64,000 nt of DNA from Gammaproteobacteria bacterium (GTDB lineage Bacteria > Pseudomonadota > Gammaproteobacteria > GCA-001735895): the NCBI GenBank assembly GCA_050298595.1, contig JBNKUM010000118.1, forward strand, positions 41,146 through 105,145, written 5' to 3'. The stretch's first letter is position 1, and every line of letters begins with the position of its first letter. Below the pieces are notes generated by a model that saw only the letters and a program-made list of their open reading frames with translations, was not told the DNA's origin and searched no databases. Of the stretch, positions 42,641 to 52,079 are shown in pieces. The translations under genes and the position numbers were made by a program.

Positions 42641-42841
42641 TTAATCATGTTCTTCTATCCATGCCATCTGAATAGCTTCCAGAATTTTTTCATTTGAGCC
42701 TTCTGGGTTATCATCAAAATCATCCAGAGCACAAACCCAGCTATGTAGATCAGTAAAGCGAACATACTGGGGGTCTACATCCGCATGTGTTTGTTCCAGT
42801 TCAATCGCTATATCCAGTGTATCTATCCATTTTAAAGCCAT
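42641..42841 (-). CDS. iscX: Fe-S assembly protein IscX
   Basis: LKWIDTLDIAIEL, VRFTDLH, SNEKILEAIQMAW. Confidence 0.93.
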   Translation of the reverse strand: MALKWIDTLDIAIELEQTHADVDPQYVRFTDLHSWVCALDDFDDNPEGSNEKILEAIQMAWIEEHD

Positions 42842-43037
42842 AGTTCACCTCCTCAGTATCATTAGCCTTAAATTATAAATCAGCTGTCGTAAAAACCTAC
42901 TATTTTGAGACAAAATTGATGATTATGAATGTTTGATGCAGGTGCTTTATGGGATACTGAATCTGGGTTACTACTCTTATGCGAGTGGTCAACTGCAGAA
43001 TCCAGGTTAAACTTGCTAAAAGCAAAGTAGCTGCACT

Positions 43038-43376
43038 TTAATGAGTTTCAGAAACCATGTTGATGGTGTATTTAGGAATTTCAATAACCAGATCATTCTG
43101 ATTAACCTTTGCCTGACAGCTTAAGCGGGAATCCGGTTCCAGACCCCAGGCTTTGTCCAGATAATCATCTTCATTCTCATCAGACTCTTCCAGGGTTTCA
43201 AAACCTTCTCGGATATAGACGTGGCAGGTGGTACAGGCACAGGATTTTTCACAGGCATGTTCAATTTCAATGCCATTCTGTAACAGCGCGTCACAGATAC
43301 TAACACCGCTTTCGGCGTTAAACACTGCGCCATCGGGGCAAATTTCTTCATGTGGAAGTACGATAATCTGGGGCAT
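43038..43376 (-). CDS. fdx: ISC-type [2Fe-2S] ferredoxin
   Basis: [37 protein letters not shown]. Confidence 0.95.
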   Translation of the reverse strand: MPQIIVLPHEEICPDGAVFNAESGVSICDALLQNGIEIEHACEKSCACTTCHVYIREGFETLEESDENEDDYLDKAWGLEPDSRLSCQAKVNQNDLVIEIPKYTINMVSETH

Positions 43377-45248
43377 TTACACATCCACCTGTTCAATATT
43401 TTTTCCTGAGAGTACTTTCTGTACACTCGCATTCATACGTCGGGCCACGTACTCTTCGCTAGCCACTTCAACCTGCTTGATCGCCTTCTTCAAGCTATCG
43501 CTGGAAGCAGTTTCGATTATTCTTTCCAGCTCATCACGAACCGATTGAATCTGTTGATATTCATCATTTGATAACAGCTCATGACCATCCGATGCCAGCG
43601 CTGAATCTACTGCTTCTAACACACGTCTTGCTTCAACCTGCTGTTCAGCCAGCATGCGCGCATCGATATCTTCTTTGGCATGCGACATAGAGTCACGCAG
43701 CATGGTCTCAATCTCATTATCCGTTAAACCATAGGAAGGTTTAATCACGATATCTGCACGCACTCCGCTACTTTTTTCTTCTGCCAATACTGATAGCAAC
43801 CCATCTGCATCCACCTGATAGGTTACCCGGATACGTGCAGCCCCGGCTGTCATTGGAGGAATGCCGCGCAATTCGAAGTGGGCTAGTGAACGACAATCAG
43901 AAACCAGCTCACGCTCTCCCTGCACGACATGGAATGCCATTGCCGTCTGGCCATCCTTGAAGGTAGTAAACTCCTGTGCTCGAGCTACAGGGATAGGGCT
44001 ATTCCGATCAATAATCTTTTCACTCAGTCCACCCATGGTTTCGATACACAGCGATAATGGCAACACATCTAACAGCAACATTTCCTGGTCATTTTTATTA
44101 CCTGCCAGTACATCCGCCTGTAAAGCTGCACCTATCGCCACTACCTTGTCCGGATCAAGATCGATTAAGGGTTCGCGCTCAAAGAACTTACCCACCTGTT
44201 CAACAACCAGAGGAACCCGGGTAGATCCACCGACCATGACAACATTGGTTATTTCGCTTTTATCCAGCTTCGCATCGCGTAATACCCGGCGACAGGACAT
44301 CAGGGTTTTCTTCACCAGATCCTGGATCAGACTATTCATGGTGTCGCGCGTCAGCGTTGTAGTAAAACTGAGGTTTGCGTGCTCAATCTTGATTTCAGTG
44401 GAATCATTTAAAGTCAGGTCTTCCTTGGCCTTACGTGCAGCAATCAGAATCTGACGTGACAATATAGAATCTATCTTTTCTATACCGGCCTGTTTGATTA
44501 TCCATTCACCGATATCGTTATCCATATCATCACCACCCAGAGAACTATTCCCGCCGGTGGCCAGTACTTCGAATACACCCTTATTCAAATGCAAAATGGA
44601 GATATCAAAGGTACCGCCACCCAGATCATAAATGGCAATAACACCATCGGGCTGTTGATCCAGGCCATAAGCGACCGCCGCTGCGGTTGGTTCGCCGAGC
44701 AATCGATACACATTCAATCCAGCCAGTCTGGCCGCATCACGCGTAGCCTGGCGCTGGGCATCATCGAAATAAGCAGGCACCGTAATCACAACACCGCTAA
44801 GTTCCTCACCCAATGTTTGTTCTGCACGATCAGCCAGAGATTTAAGTATTTCTGCAGATACCTCAATGGCACTCACATGCCTCTGTCGGGTAATGATACG
44901 TGGAACAGTAGAATCAGTATTGCCATCAAACTCATAGGGTAAGACATTAGAAAGGCCTTTCAGGTCTTCGATACCTCGGCCCATGATGCGTTTCACCGAT
45001 GATAATGTATTCAATGGGTCGGAAGCCTGTAACAGCTGTGCTTCATACCCAACCAGAGTCTGTTCAGCGCCATAATGCACAATAGAGGGCAGCAAATGCC
45101 TGCCCGCTTCATCGGGCAGAGTTTCTATCTTGCCGCTGCGTTTTACCGCTACCAGTGAATTGGTAGTGCCAAGGTCAATACCCGCAGCATAATTACGATG
45201 GTGCGGCGCACTGGCTTGTCCAGGTTCTGTGATTTGTAGTAATGCCAT
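43377..45248 (-). CDS. hscA: Fe-S chaperone HscA
   Basis: [49 protein letters not shown]. Confidence 0.95.
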   Translation of the reverse strand: MALLQITEPGQASAPHHRNYAAGIDLGTTNSLVAVKRSGKIETLPDEAGRHLLPSIVHYGAEQTLVGYEAQLLQASDPLNTLSSVKRIMGRGIEDLKGLSNVLPYEFDGNTDSTVPRIITRQRHVSAIEVSAEILKSLADRAEQTLGEELSGVVITVPAYFDDAQRQATRDAARLAGLNVYRLLGEPTAAAVAYGLDQQPDGVIAIYDLGGGTFDISILHLNKGVFEVLATGGNSSLGGDDMDNDIGEWIIKQAGIEKIDSILSRQILIAARKAKEDLTLNDSTEIKIEHANLSFTTTLTRDTMNSLIQDLVKKTLMSCRRVLRDAKLDKSEITNVVMVGGSTRVPLVVEQVGKFFEREPLIDLDPDKVVAIGAALQADVLAGNKNDQEMLLLDVLPLSLCIETMGGLSEKIIDRNSPIPVARAQEFTTFKDGQTAMAFHVVQGERELVSDCRSLAHFELRGIPPMTAGAARIRVTYQVDADGLLSVLAEEKSSGVRADIVIKPSYGLTDNEIETMLRDSMSHAKEDIDARMLAEQQVEARRVLEAVDSALASDGHELLSNDEYQQIQSVRDELERIIETASSDSLKKAIKQVEVASEEYVARRMNASVQKVLSGKNIEQVDV

Positions 45249-45270
45249 GATTTATTAGTGTTAACAGCCC

Positions 45271-45813
45271 CTAAAATAACTGATCTTCCAGCTCAAACTG
45301 AAAGTCGTCGAGCTGATCGAGTATACGTTGGACAAACTGCATTTTTTTGCTCACTTGACGCGCCTCTTCCAGCTTGCCCTGCTGATAGAGAGTTTCAAAT
45401 TGTTCGGCATACTCTTTTGAGCGTTGGTCGAGTTTACCCGTCACATGATCGCAGCAACGCATGGGATCCTGGCAGCTTTTGCATTGATCCATCTCTTCGC
45501 GTATTTCAATCTGTTCCATCAGAAAAGCAGTATCATTGGTGGTTTCGTGCTCATCATTCATATCCAGGCCACCGATTTCGAGCATATAGCGTGCTCTTTT
45601 CACCGAGTGATGCAGAATTTCATAAGCTTCGTTAATCCACGCTGCCTTTTGTACTGCTATACGCTTTTCCTGATCACTGCCATTTATAAAGCGATCAGGA
45701 TGATAGGCTGCCTGTAATTTTTGGTGATTATCATGTAGCAGGCGCTTATCCAGTTGAAAATCAACCGGCAGGCCAAACAGCTCAAAGTAATTTTGATTCA
45801 GATCGAGTTGCAT
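45271..45813 (-). CDS. hscB: co-chaperone HscB with an unusual Cys-rich segment
   Basis: NYFELFGLP, J-domain HPDRF, INEAY, FLMEQIEIRE followed by CKSCQDPMRCCDH. Confidence 0.92.
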   Translation of the reverse strand: MQLDLNQNYFELFGLPVDFQLDKRLLHDNHQKLQAAYHPDRFINGSDQEKRIAVQKAAWINEAYEILHHSVKRARYMLEIGGLDMNDEHETTNDTAFLMEQIEIREEMDQCKSCQDPMRCCDHVTGKLDQRSKEYAEQFETLYQQGKLEEARQVSKKMQFVQRILDQLDDFQFELEDQLF

Positions 45814-45824
45814 ATCGGCAATAT

Positions 45825-46148
45825 TCAGACGGTAAAGCTTTCGCCGCAACCACACTCATCCTTGGCATTAGGATTGGTGAACTTAAAGCCTTCATTAAGC
45901 CCTTCACGCGTAAAATCTACCTGAGTGCCATCGAGATAAACCAGGCTTTTCGGGTCTATAATGACCTTCACACCCTGGCTCTCAAACACCTGGTCTTCTT
46001 CGTTTAACTCGTCTACAAACTCGAGAACATAAGCCATACCTGAACAGCCCGTGGTCTTGATACCGATTCTCAAACCGATACCTGAACCTCGATTATCCAG
46101 AAAGCTCTTCACGCGTTGGGCAGCAGTTTCAGTCAAACTTATTGTCAT
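45825..46148 (-). CDS. iscA: A-type Fe-S carrier IscA
   Basis: [28 protein letters not shown]. Confidence 0.95.
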   Translation of the reverse strand: MTISLTETAAQRVKSFLDNRGSGIGLRIGIKTTGCSGMAYVLEFVDELNEEDQVFESQGVKVIIDPKSLVYLDGTQVDFTREGLNEGFKFTNPNAKDECGCGESFTV

Positions 46149-46159
46149 GTGTATCTCCT

Positions 46160-47314
46160 TCAGTTAGCTGCACGTCTAAAACTGGCAGGCACCTGATTGA
46201 TTAAACTGTGTAACAAAGCAATCAGTTGATCGATTTGTTGACAGGTATTGTCATTACCAAAACTAACCCTGACGGCATTCAGTGCCAGCGCTTCATCGAC
46301 CCCCATGGCCCTGAGTACATGGCTGGGTTGAGTGACCGCACTATGACATGCTGATCCACTGGCTAGCTCGAAACCGGCCTGATCAAGTTGCATCAGCAGG
46401 GTTTCACCGTGGTAGTAAGGAATTGAAAAGTAACTGGTATTGGGCAAACGTTCGCAGCTACCTGAAAAAATATGCACACCGCTTATGCCCATCAGTTGCT
46501 GTTCAAAATAGCGCCGCAATTCTAACAGATATGTCTGACGCTCTTGCAAATTTATTTGTGCTAATTGCGCAGCTTTCCCCATACCCACCAGTAGTGCCAC
46601 ATTCTCAGTGCCAGCGCGTCGCCTGGATTCCTGTGGTCCACCACTTAGTAAAGGTTTTTTAATATTAGCCTTATGATTGAGTATTAACGCACCGCAGCCC
46701 TGTGGGCCCTGGAATTTATGTCCTGAGAGCGTTAACAGGCCTGCGTTTAGATCTTTAATATCAACCTCAATCTTGCCTACCGCCTGAGTAGCATCGGTAT
46801 GCAGCAATAGATTATCTGACGAAACTTGTTCGAATAGTCGTTTTACTGGCTGAATAGCGCCAGTTTCATTATTCGCTAGTTGCACTGATAGCAGATCAGG
46901 ATTGTATTCAGCAATCACAGCGGTCGATTCTGAGACGTCTACCAATCCTTCAGCATTCACCGCTAAATAAGCAGTGGATCCACCCATAGCCGCAATCTGC
47001 CTGACCGGTTCAAGAACACTGGCGTGTTCAATTGAGCTGCACATAATGCGACTGTTCTGGCTATCCGCAACAAAGCCTTTGATAGCTAAATTGTTTGCCT
47101 CAGTACCACCGCTAGTGAAGATAACGTTTGCAGCATCGGCATTCACCAGCTCAGCAACCTGCTGACGCGCACTCTCAATCGCTGAACGTAAAAAGCGGCC
47201 ACTTTGATGCAGGCTGGAAGCATTGCCATGCGATGCCTTCAGGAAAGGTAACATAGCATCCAGCACTTCAGGGTGTAGCGGGGCTGAAGCATTATGATCA
47301 AGATACACGGGCAT
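46160..47314 (-). CDS. group I cysteine desulfurase (NifS/IscS-like, short C-terminus)
   Basis: [33 protein letters not shown] (PLP Lys), RAGTEN, ASGSAC (catalytic Cys). Confidence 0.9.
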   Translation of the reverse strand: MPVYLDHNASAPLHPEVLDAMLPFLKASHGNASSLHQSGRFLRSAIESARQQVAELVNADAANVIFTSGGTEANNLAIKGFVADSQNSRIMCSSIEHASVLEPVRQIAAMGGSTAYLAVNAEGLVDVSESTAVIAEYNPDLLSVQLANNETGAIQPVKRLFEQVSSDNLLLHTDATQAVGKIEVDIKDLNAGLLTLSGHKFQGPQGCGALILNHKANIKKPLLSGGPQESRRRAGTENVALLVGMGKAAQLAQINLQERQTYLLELRRYFEQQLMGISGVHIFSGSCERLPNTSYFSIPYYHGETLLMQLDQAGFELASGSACHSAVTQPSHVLRAMGVDEALALNAVRVSFGNDNTCQQIDQLIALLHSLINQVPASFRRAAN

Positions 47315-47326
47315 CGGCTTTAATAA

Positions 47327-47788
47327 TCAGGACTGGCCGGACGCCATGTAATGTGGAAAGTCCTGTTCTGTATAATCTTCGTCACTGATCTGGTTACGAA
47401 TCATATCAGCCAGAGATATACCGGTCAGGTAGCTGGAAATCTGATTGCTTAATTCATCCCACAGCTGTTCGGTGAGACAGGGCTCGTAATTATTGGCTCC
47501 TGGTAAGGCATCTTTATTAGTCACTTCAACCTTATCGTCTACCGCTAGAATGATGTCCGAGACACTCACCTGTTCTGGAGAAACACTCAATCGATACCCG
47601 CCGCCAGGGCCACGCGTACTGATAACCAGCTTATTACGCCGCATCTTGGCGAATAACTGTTCCAGATAGGACAGGGAAATCCCCTGACGTTGAGAGATAT
47701 CTGCTAAGGATACGGGTCCCTTATCCGAGTGCATAACCATATCGAGTAATGAAGTAACTGCATATCTGCTTTTGGTGGATAAACGCAT
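47327..47788 (-). CDS. iscR: IscR-like Rrf2 regulator lacking most cluster ligands
   Basis: MRLSTKSRYAVT, ISQRQGISLSYLEQLF, RGPGGGY; K92, A98, C104 and E107 where E. coli IscR has C92, C98, C104 and H107. Confidence 0.85.
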   Translation of the reverse strand: MRLSTKSRYAVTSLLDMVMHSDKGPVSLADISQRQGISLSYLEQLFAKMRRNKLVISTRGPGGGYRLSVSPEQVSVSDIILAVDDKVEVTNKDALPGANNYEPCLTEQLWDELSNQISSYLTGISLADMIRNQISDEDYTEQDFPHYMASGQS

Positions 47789-47820
47789 TGGTACACCTGT
47801 TGTTTGGCCGATTTCGAGTC

Positions 47821-47879
47821 AGTATACAATCCTGACTAAATTGGTCAAGTATTAATTCCTACTATTTTAGTCGGGATTA
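47821..47879 (-). promoter_or_regulatory. sigma70 promoter overlapped by tandem type-1 IscR boxes
   Basis: Minus strand ATCCCGACTAAAATAGTAGGAAT-TA-ATACTTGACCAATTTAGTCAGGATT; TTGACC-16 nt-TATACT. Confidence 0.75.
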
Positions 47880-47903
47880 ATATTGATTTCTTCAGGCTAC
47901 CCA

Positions 47904-49193
47904 TCAGGCCACTGGCAATATTATCCGAACCAGGCTCCCCTCACCTAACTGACTTTGTATCAGCATTTCAGCCTGATGTGCATCGACTATCTTTTGACAA
48001 AGGTACAACCCGAGCCCAAAACCACCGGTAGCCCGCTGGCGCGCAGGGTCGGCTCGATAGAAAGCCTCGGTAGCCTGATTCAGGTCTTCTGTAGCCATAC
48101 CGCAGCCATGATCTTCCACCTCTATGACGATGTTTTGCCGGTGTTGTATTAGTCTGATCTCTGGACTTACGTCTGACTCGGAAGAGTACTTGAATGCGTT
48201 ATCTAACAGATTTTTCACTAAAAGCTCCAATCTAGCTCTATCAGCATTGATTGAGATTGAAGGAAGAGAGGCTGTTATTGACCTGTCGGCAAAAAATTCA
48301 TTTAACAGCTCTCTAATCATTTCATCCAGTTGAAAATCAGTTCGATTGAGCACAGCGTGCGGCCGATTCAAACGCTCCGACTCCAGTATCAATGCGAGCA
48401 GGCTTTCCATCTCGCGAATATCATCCACCAGCGCCTGGCGTGTCGCATCATCAGCCATGAGCTCAAGGTTTACTCTTGCTCGTGTTAAGGGTGATCTCAG
48501 CTCATGACTGATGGCGAGTAGCAGTTGCTGCTTGGCTTCCAGCATCGAATGTATCTGCTGTGCCATTTCATTAATGCCCTGCCCCAGGCTCTTAAATTCA
48601 ATACTGCCCGTGGGTTCCAATGGTTGTAAAAGGTCCCCCTGGCCAATTCGTGCGACAGCATCGTTGATCGGCTTTAGCGGTTTTAAGCTCTGTCGAATCA
48701 ACACAAACAGAAACACAAGCGTAACAATAAAAATCACCAACATGGAAAAACCTCGTTGGTGTGATTCGCTTTTGAATAAACGGCCAACTGCGTAGAGATA
48801 GGTATAACCATCCTGTTTCAGCATCAGATAATTATTACCTCGTTCAAAGGCAAGCTGATAACGCTGGTAGGGTTCGGGTGCATTTTCGAAATCTAACTGT
48901 GAAATATCGGGTATTTTTGAATGAGATTGCCAGTTTATATCTGGACCACGTATCGAAAGCTCAAATGCTAGCCCATCACTTAAACGGCGCGCTTTATCGA
49001 TATCCGGTGGGCTGCCAATATCCTGCACTATGTAGTCCAGATATTGCACAATATTTGGCAATAGATCCTGCTTAAAGTGCGCCTTGATACTATGAGCCAG
49101 ATTGATACCAAACAGGGCAATTACCAGCACACCTGTTACCAGAAAATACAGCATTAAACGAGTGATCAAAGATTGCCTTAAGCGTTGCAACAT
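47904..49193 (-). CDS. HAMP sensor histidine kinase (CpxA-like)
   Basis: Two TMs, HAMP, ISHELRSPL, NLLDNAFKY, DHGCG, GGFGLGL. Confidence 0.9.
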   Translation of the reverse strand: MLQRLRQSLITRLMLYFLVTGVLVIALFGINLAHSIKAHFKQDLLPNIVQYLDYIVQDIGSPPDIDKARRLSDGLAFELSIRGPDINWQSHSKIPDISQLDFENAPEPYQRYQLAFERGNNYLMLKQDGYTYLYAVGRLFKSESHQRGFSMLVIFIVTLVFLFVLIRQSLKPLKPINDAVARIGQGDLLQPLEPTGSIEFKSLGQGINEMAQQIHSMLEAKQQLLLAISHELRSPLTRARVNLELMADDATRQALVDDIREMESLLALILESERLNRPHAVLNRTDFQLDEMIRELLNEFFADRSITASLPSISINADRARLELLVKNLLDNAFKYSSESDVSPEIRLIQHRQNIVIEVEDHGCGMATEDLNQATEAFYRADPARQRATGGFGLGLYLCQKIVDAHQAEMLIQSQLGEGSLVRIILPVA

Positions 49194-49199
49194 GTACTT

Positions 49200-49880
49200 T
49201 TACTCGCTAATAACGGGTGGTAAAACAAATTGATAACCTCTGGCACGTATGGTTTTGATTATCTGCAGCGGGTTCAGCTTTTGACGTAAACGACTGATTT
49301 GAATATCAATCGCTCGGCTAAAGATATCGGCTTCGATTCCATTTAACTCAGTCATAATGTCATCGCGCGAAAAGACTTTTTGCGGCTGCTGCGCCAATAG
49401 CAGTAAAAGCCGGTATTCATTGGAAGTGAGATCCACAATCCCATCATCCGTTTTAACCTGCTGGGTTTGAGTATCAATCTTTAGTCCCTCAAAAACTAAC
49501 TCGTGACTGGATTTAACAATAACCGATCGCTTGAGAATATTTTTAATTCTCGCAACCAGTTCGCGAGGTTCGAAGGGTTTTGGCAGGTAATCGTCAGCTC
49601 CAATCTCAAGACCAACTACTCTGTCCATCACATCACCTCTGGCAGTTAGCATTAATACAGGGGTTTCAGAAAACTGGCGGATTCTTCTACAGGTTTCGAA
49701 GCCATCGATTTCCGGAAGCATAACGTCGAGAATGATTAACTCGAACGAATGCCCTCTTAACAACTCCAGAGCCTTCAGTGGATGAGTTTCGCTGGATAAT
49801 TCAAAGTCAAACTGCGCCAGATACGCCTTAAGTGGTGCAGCCAGTTTTTCATCGTCATCAATCAAAAGTAGCTTTTTCAT
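49200..49880 (-). CDS. OmpR-family response regulator (CpxR-like)
   Basis: LLIDDD, ILDVMLP, GADDYLPKPF, RAIDIQISRLR. Confidence 0.92.
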   Translation of the reverse strand: MKKLLLIDDDEKLAAPLKAYLAQFDFELSSETHPLKALELLRGHSFELIILDVMLPEIDGFETCRRIRQFSETPVLMLTARGDVMDRVVGLEIGADDYLPKPFEPRELVARIKNILKRSVIVKSSHELVFEGLKIDTQTQQVKTDDGIVDLTSNEYRLLLLLAQQPQKVFSRDDIMTELNGIEADIFSRAIDIQISRLRQKLNPLQIIKTIRARGYQFVLPPVISE

Positions 49881-49918
49881 TTAGCTATTGTAGGTTTTAA
49901 GTCTCAAGATAGGTAGCA

Positions 49919-49948
49919 TCCGGAGTTGCCAATGATGGCAACTCCGGA
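49919..49948. terminator. perfect 13-bp hairpin between the spy-like gene and the response regulator
   Basis: TCCGGAGTTGCCA-ATGA-TGGCAACTCCGGA; no U-tract on the minus strand, so possibly an mRNA-stabilising or processing stem. Confidence 0.5.
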
Positions 49949-49958
49949 ACAAACAGAT

Positions 49959-50462
49959 CTAACCATCTATCCATTGAGTATGGTCATGTCGATAACCAAA
50001 GTTGCCTGTAAACCTATAATGACCGCCGCGTTTCTCAATTATTTCCTTAAGCTCTACTTTCTGTTCAGCATCTAATGAATCAACAAACTGGGCAATTAAA
50101 GCCACCATCTCAGGAGCATTTTGATTCACCATATCGGTTTTCTCGGTGATTTTCTGTAACACAGCAGATTGATCCATAGGACCTTCACCCAGCATCTGTT
50201 GAATAACAGATACCCTGTCTTCTCTTTGCTGCCTTACCTGTTGCATGATTTCAGCGAAACGCGAGGTTAAGGATTCGAGTTTAATTTCCTGCTCGCTATT
50301 TAAGTCCAGTTTACGACTGATGTGATAATTAAACATATCGGCTTTCTCCTGCATGCTCATATTTTCGAAGTGGTGTTTGGCGCCAAAAGCGAGTACAGAT
50401 CCGCTAATCATCAGGATAACTACACTGGCGATTATGATTTTGCTTGATTTTTTCATGATCAT
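49959..50462 (-). CDS. Spy/CpxP-family periplasmic protein
   Basis: Signal peptide; LDLNSEQ and SLDAEQK (LTxxQ-like) repeats; upstream of the response regulator/kinase pair. Confidence 0.72.
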   Translation of the reverse strand: MIMKKSSKIIIASVVILMISGSVLAFGAKHHFENMSMQEKADMFNYHISRKLDLNSEQEIKLESLTSRFAEIMQQVRQQREDRVSVIQQMLGEGPMDQSAVLQKITEKTDMVNQNAPEMVALIAQFVDSLDAEQKVELKEIIEKRGGHYRFTGNFGYRHDHTQWIDG

Positions 50463-50503
50463 CTCGTTTGTTTTATGACAACTACATAATAAGCATTAGC
50501 TGT

Positions 50504-50548
50504 GTAACAAACTTCTCTGAGGGGTAACGATTTGTATCTATGTGTAAC
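50504..50548. promoter_or_regulatory. 10-bp-phased GTAAC/GTATC repeats, CpxR-box-like
   Basis: GTAAC at 50504, 50524 and 50544, GTATC at 50534; resembles GTAAA-N5-GTAAA. Confidence 0.55.
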
Positions 50549-50647
50549 GTTGGATAATTCAAAAGCCGTGTTATGATGATATATATCAACCCAGTTCAAA
50601 ACCCTGATTGGTTACAATAGCTACTTACAAACTCAACTCTTCACACC

Positions 50648-51310
50648 TTGGACCTTAACTCAACACATTTAGCTGATGGCTGGATCTGGGCACATTTTAT
50701 CTACTGGCCGATATTTCTGTGGGCTGTGTATCGTGCTCCATGGCGAATCCTGATACAAAATGACTCTAGCAATATACTATTTGCAGCCTGTACTGCAGTG
50801 TTTGTACTATGGATATTAAAGGTCAATATAGAAACAGGTCTGTCGATACATTTACTGGGGTCTACTATCCTGACATTGATGTTTCGCTGGCAGGTTGCTG
50901 TATTGGCAAATGCCGTTATCGTACTGGGAATCACGCTGGTTACTGCTGCGGATTTTCAGGCCTATGCTATGAATACTTTACTCACTGGAGTCCTGCCCAT
51001 TTTTATAAGCTACTCGATCTGGCGACTTAATGAGTGGTACCTGCCCCCCAATTATTTTGTCTATATCTTTATCGCGGCTTTCCTTTCTGCAGGTTTATCC
51101 ATGATTTCCAGCGGATTTGCCTCCTATCAGATACTTACCTTGCTAGATAACAACCTTTCACCAGAAATGCTTGATGAATACCTGATGGTTTTTATCCCCA
51201 TTATGTATCCTGAAGCATTTATAACAGGAGCGATTATTTCCATCTTCGTGATATATAAGCCTGAATGGATATCAACTTTTGACGATAAGCGATACCTCGA
51301 TAACAACTAA
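50648..51310 (+). CDS. CbiM-like/ECF-type integral membrane protein
   Basis: GLSIHLLG.T..TLMF.W, LPPNYFVYIF, YPEAFITG, YKPEWI.TFDD. Confidence 0.7.
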   Translation: MDLNSTHLADGWIWAHFIYWPIFLWAVYRAPWRILIQNDSSNILFAACTAVFVLWILKVNIETGLSIHLLGSTILTLMFRWQVAVLANAVIVLGITLVTAADFQAYAMNTLLTGVLPIFISYSIWRLNEWYLPPNYFVYIFIAAFLSAGLSMISSGFASYQILTLLDNNLSPEMLDEYLMVFIPIMYPEAFITGAIISIFVIYKPEWISTFDDKRYLDNN

Positions 51311-52047
51311 TTTTTATACTTCTCTACTGAGCTTAAAATCCCTCGCAGGATATTAACCTCATTTTGTGTAGGCAAAACGCGTTGATACAATCTGCGTAAG
51401 CGTTTCATCATCTGACGGGGATTTTCAGCATCGATAAATCCTGTAGAAACCAATACCTGTTCCAGATGGCAGAAATAGCCTTCAAGCTCGGCGCTACTCG
51501 CCATAGGCTCTTCTTCGCTGGCAGGCTGATCAATAGTTTCAGCTGAAATTGCTAAAGATTGTTGATATTGCTGATAAATTTCGTAACTAATGACCTGTAT
51601 CGCAGCACCAACATTAAGCGAACTGAAATCAGGGTTTGTTGGAATGTTTACTGTAAAATGGCAATGTTGTAATTCTTCATTGGTGAGTCCTGCATGCTCA
51701 CGGCCAAATACAACGGCCAGTTTCTGATCATCTGGTAGCGCGACTGCTTTTTCACCCACCTCACGCGGGTTCAATTGTGGCCAGGTGAGTGACCTGATTC
51801 TTGCACTTGTACCTATCACCAGATGACAATCCGCCAATGCTTCAGTTAAGGTATTAAACCTCGTTAGCTCATCCAGTACGCTATTCGCACCTGATGCACG
51901 AGCATAAGCCCGTTCACCGACAGGGCACTTTGGATTAACCAGAGCCAGATCGCTAAATTGCATATTTTTCATGGCCCGGGCGGCAGCACCGATATTACCC
52001 GGATGCGTGGTTTCCACCATGACGATTCTGATGTTGTCTAATTTCAT
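51307..52047 (-). CDS. trmJ: tRNA (C32/U32) 2'-O-methyltransferase TrmJ
   Basis: ETTHPGNIGAAARAMKNM, GTSAR, VFGRE..GLTNEEL, SSLNV, EVNILRGIL. Confidence 0.93.
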   Translation of the reverse strand: MKLDNIRIVMVETTHPGNIGAAARAMKNMQFSDLALVNPKCPVGERAYARASGANSVLDELTRFNTLTEALADCHLVIGTSARIRSLTWPQLNPREVGEKAVALPDDQKLAVVFGREHAGLTNEELQHCHFTVNIPTNPDFSSLNVGAAIQVISYEIYQQYQQSLAISAETIDQPASEEEPMASSAELEGYFCHLEQVLVSTGFIDAENPRQMMKRLRRLYQRVLPTQNEVNILRGILSSVEKYKN

Positions 52048-52079
52048 TAAGGCCTGTTGACGCTATTTTATAAAGCCCG

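Noticed and set aside
42850-43035. Long spacer between fdx and iscX, checked for an iscU remnant or MITE
   Set aside because: No recognisable IscU motif (e.g. LPPVK) and no clear terminal inverted repeats by eye.
43861-44454. Long antisense ORFs inside hscA (and similar ones in rpsA, gyrA, dnaE, ppk1, sucA)
   Set aside because: Shadow frames of conserved genes, expected from codon bias.
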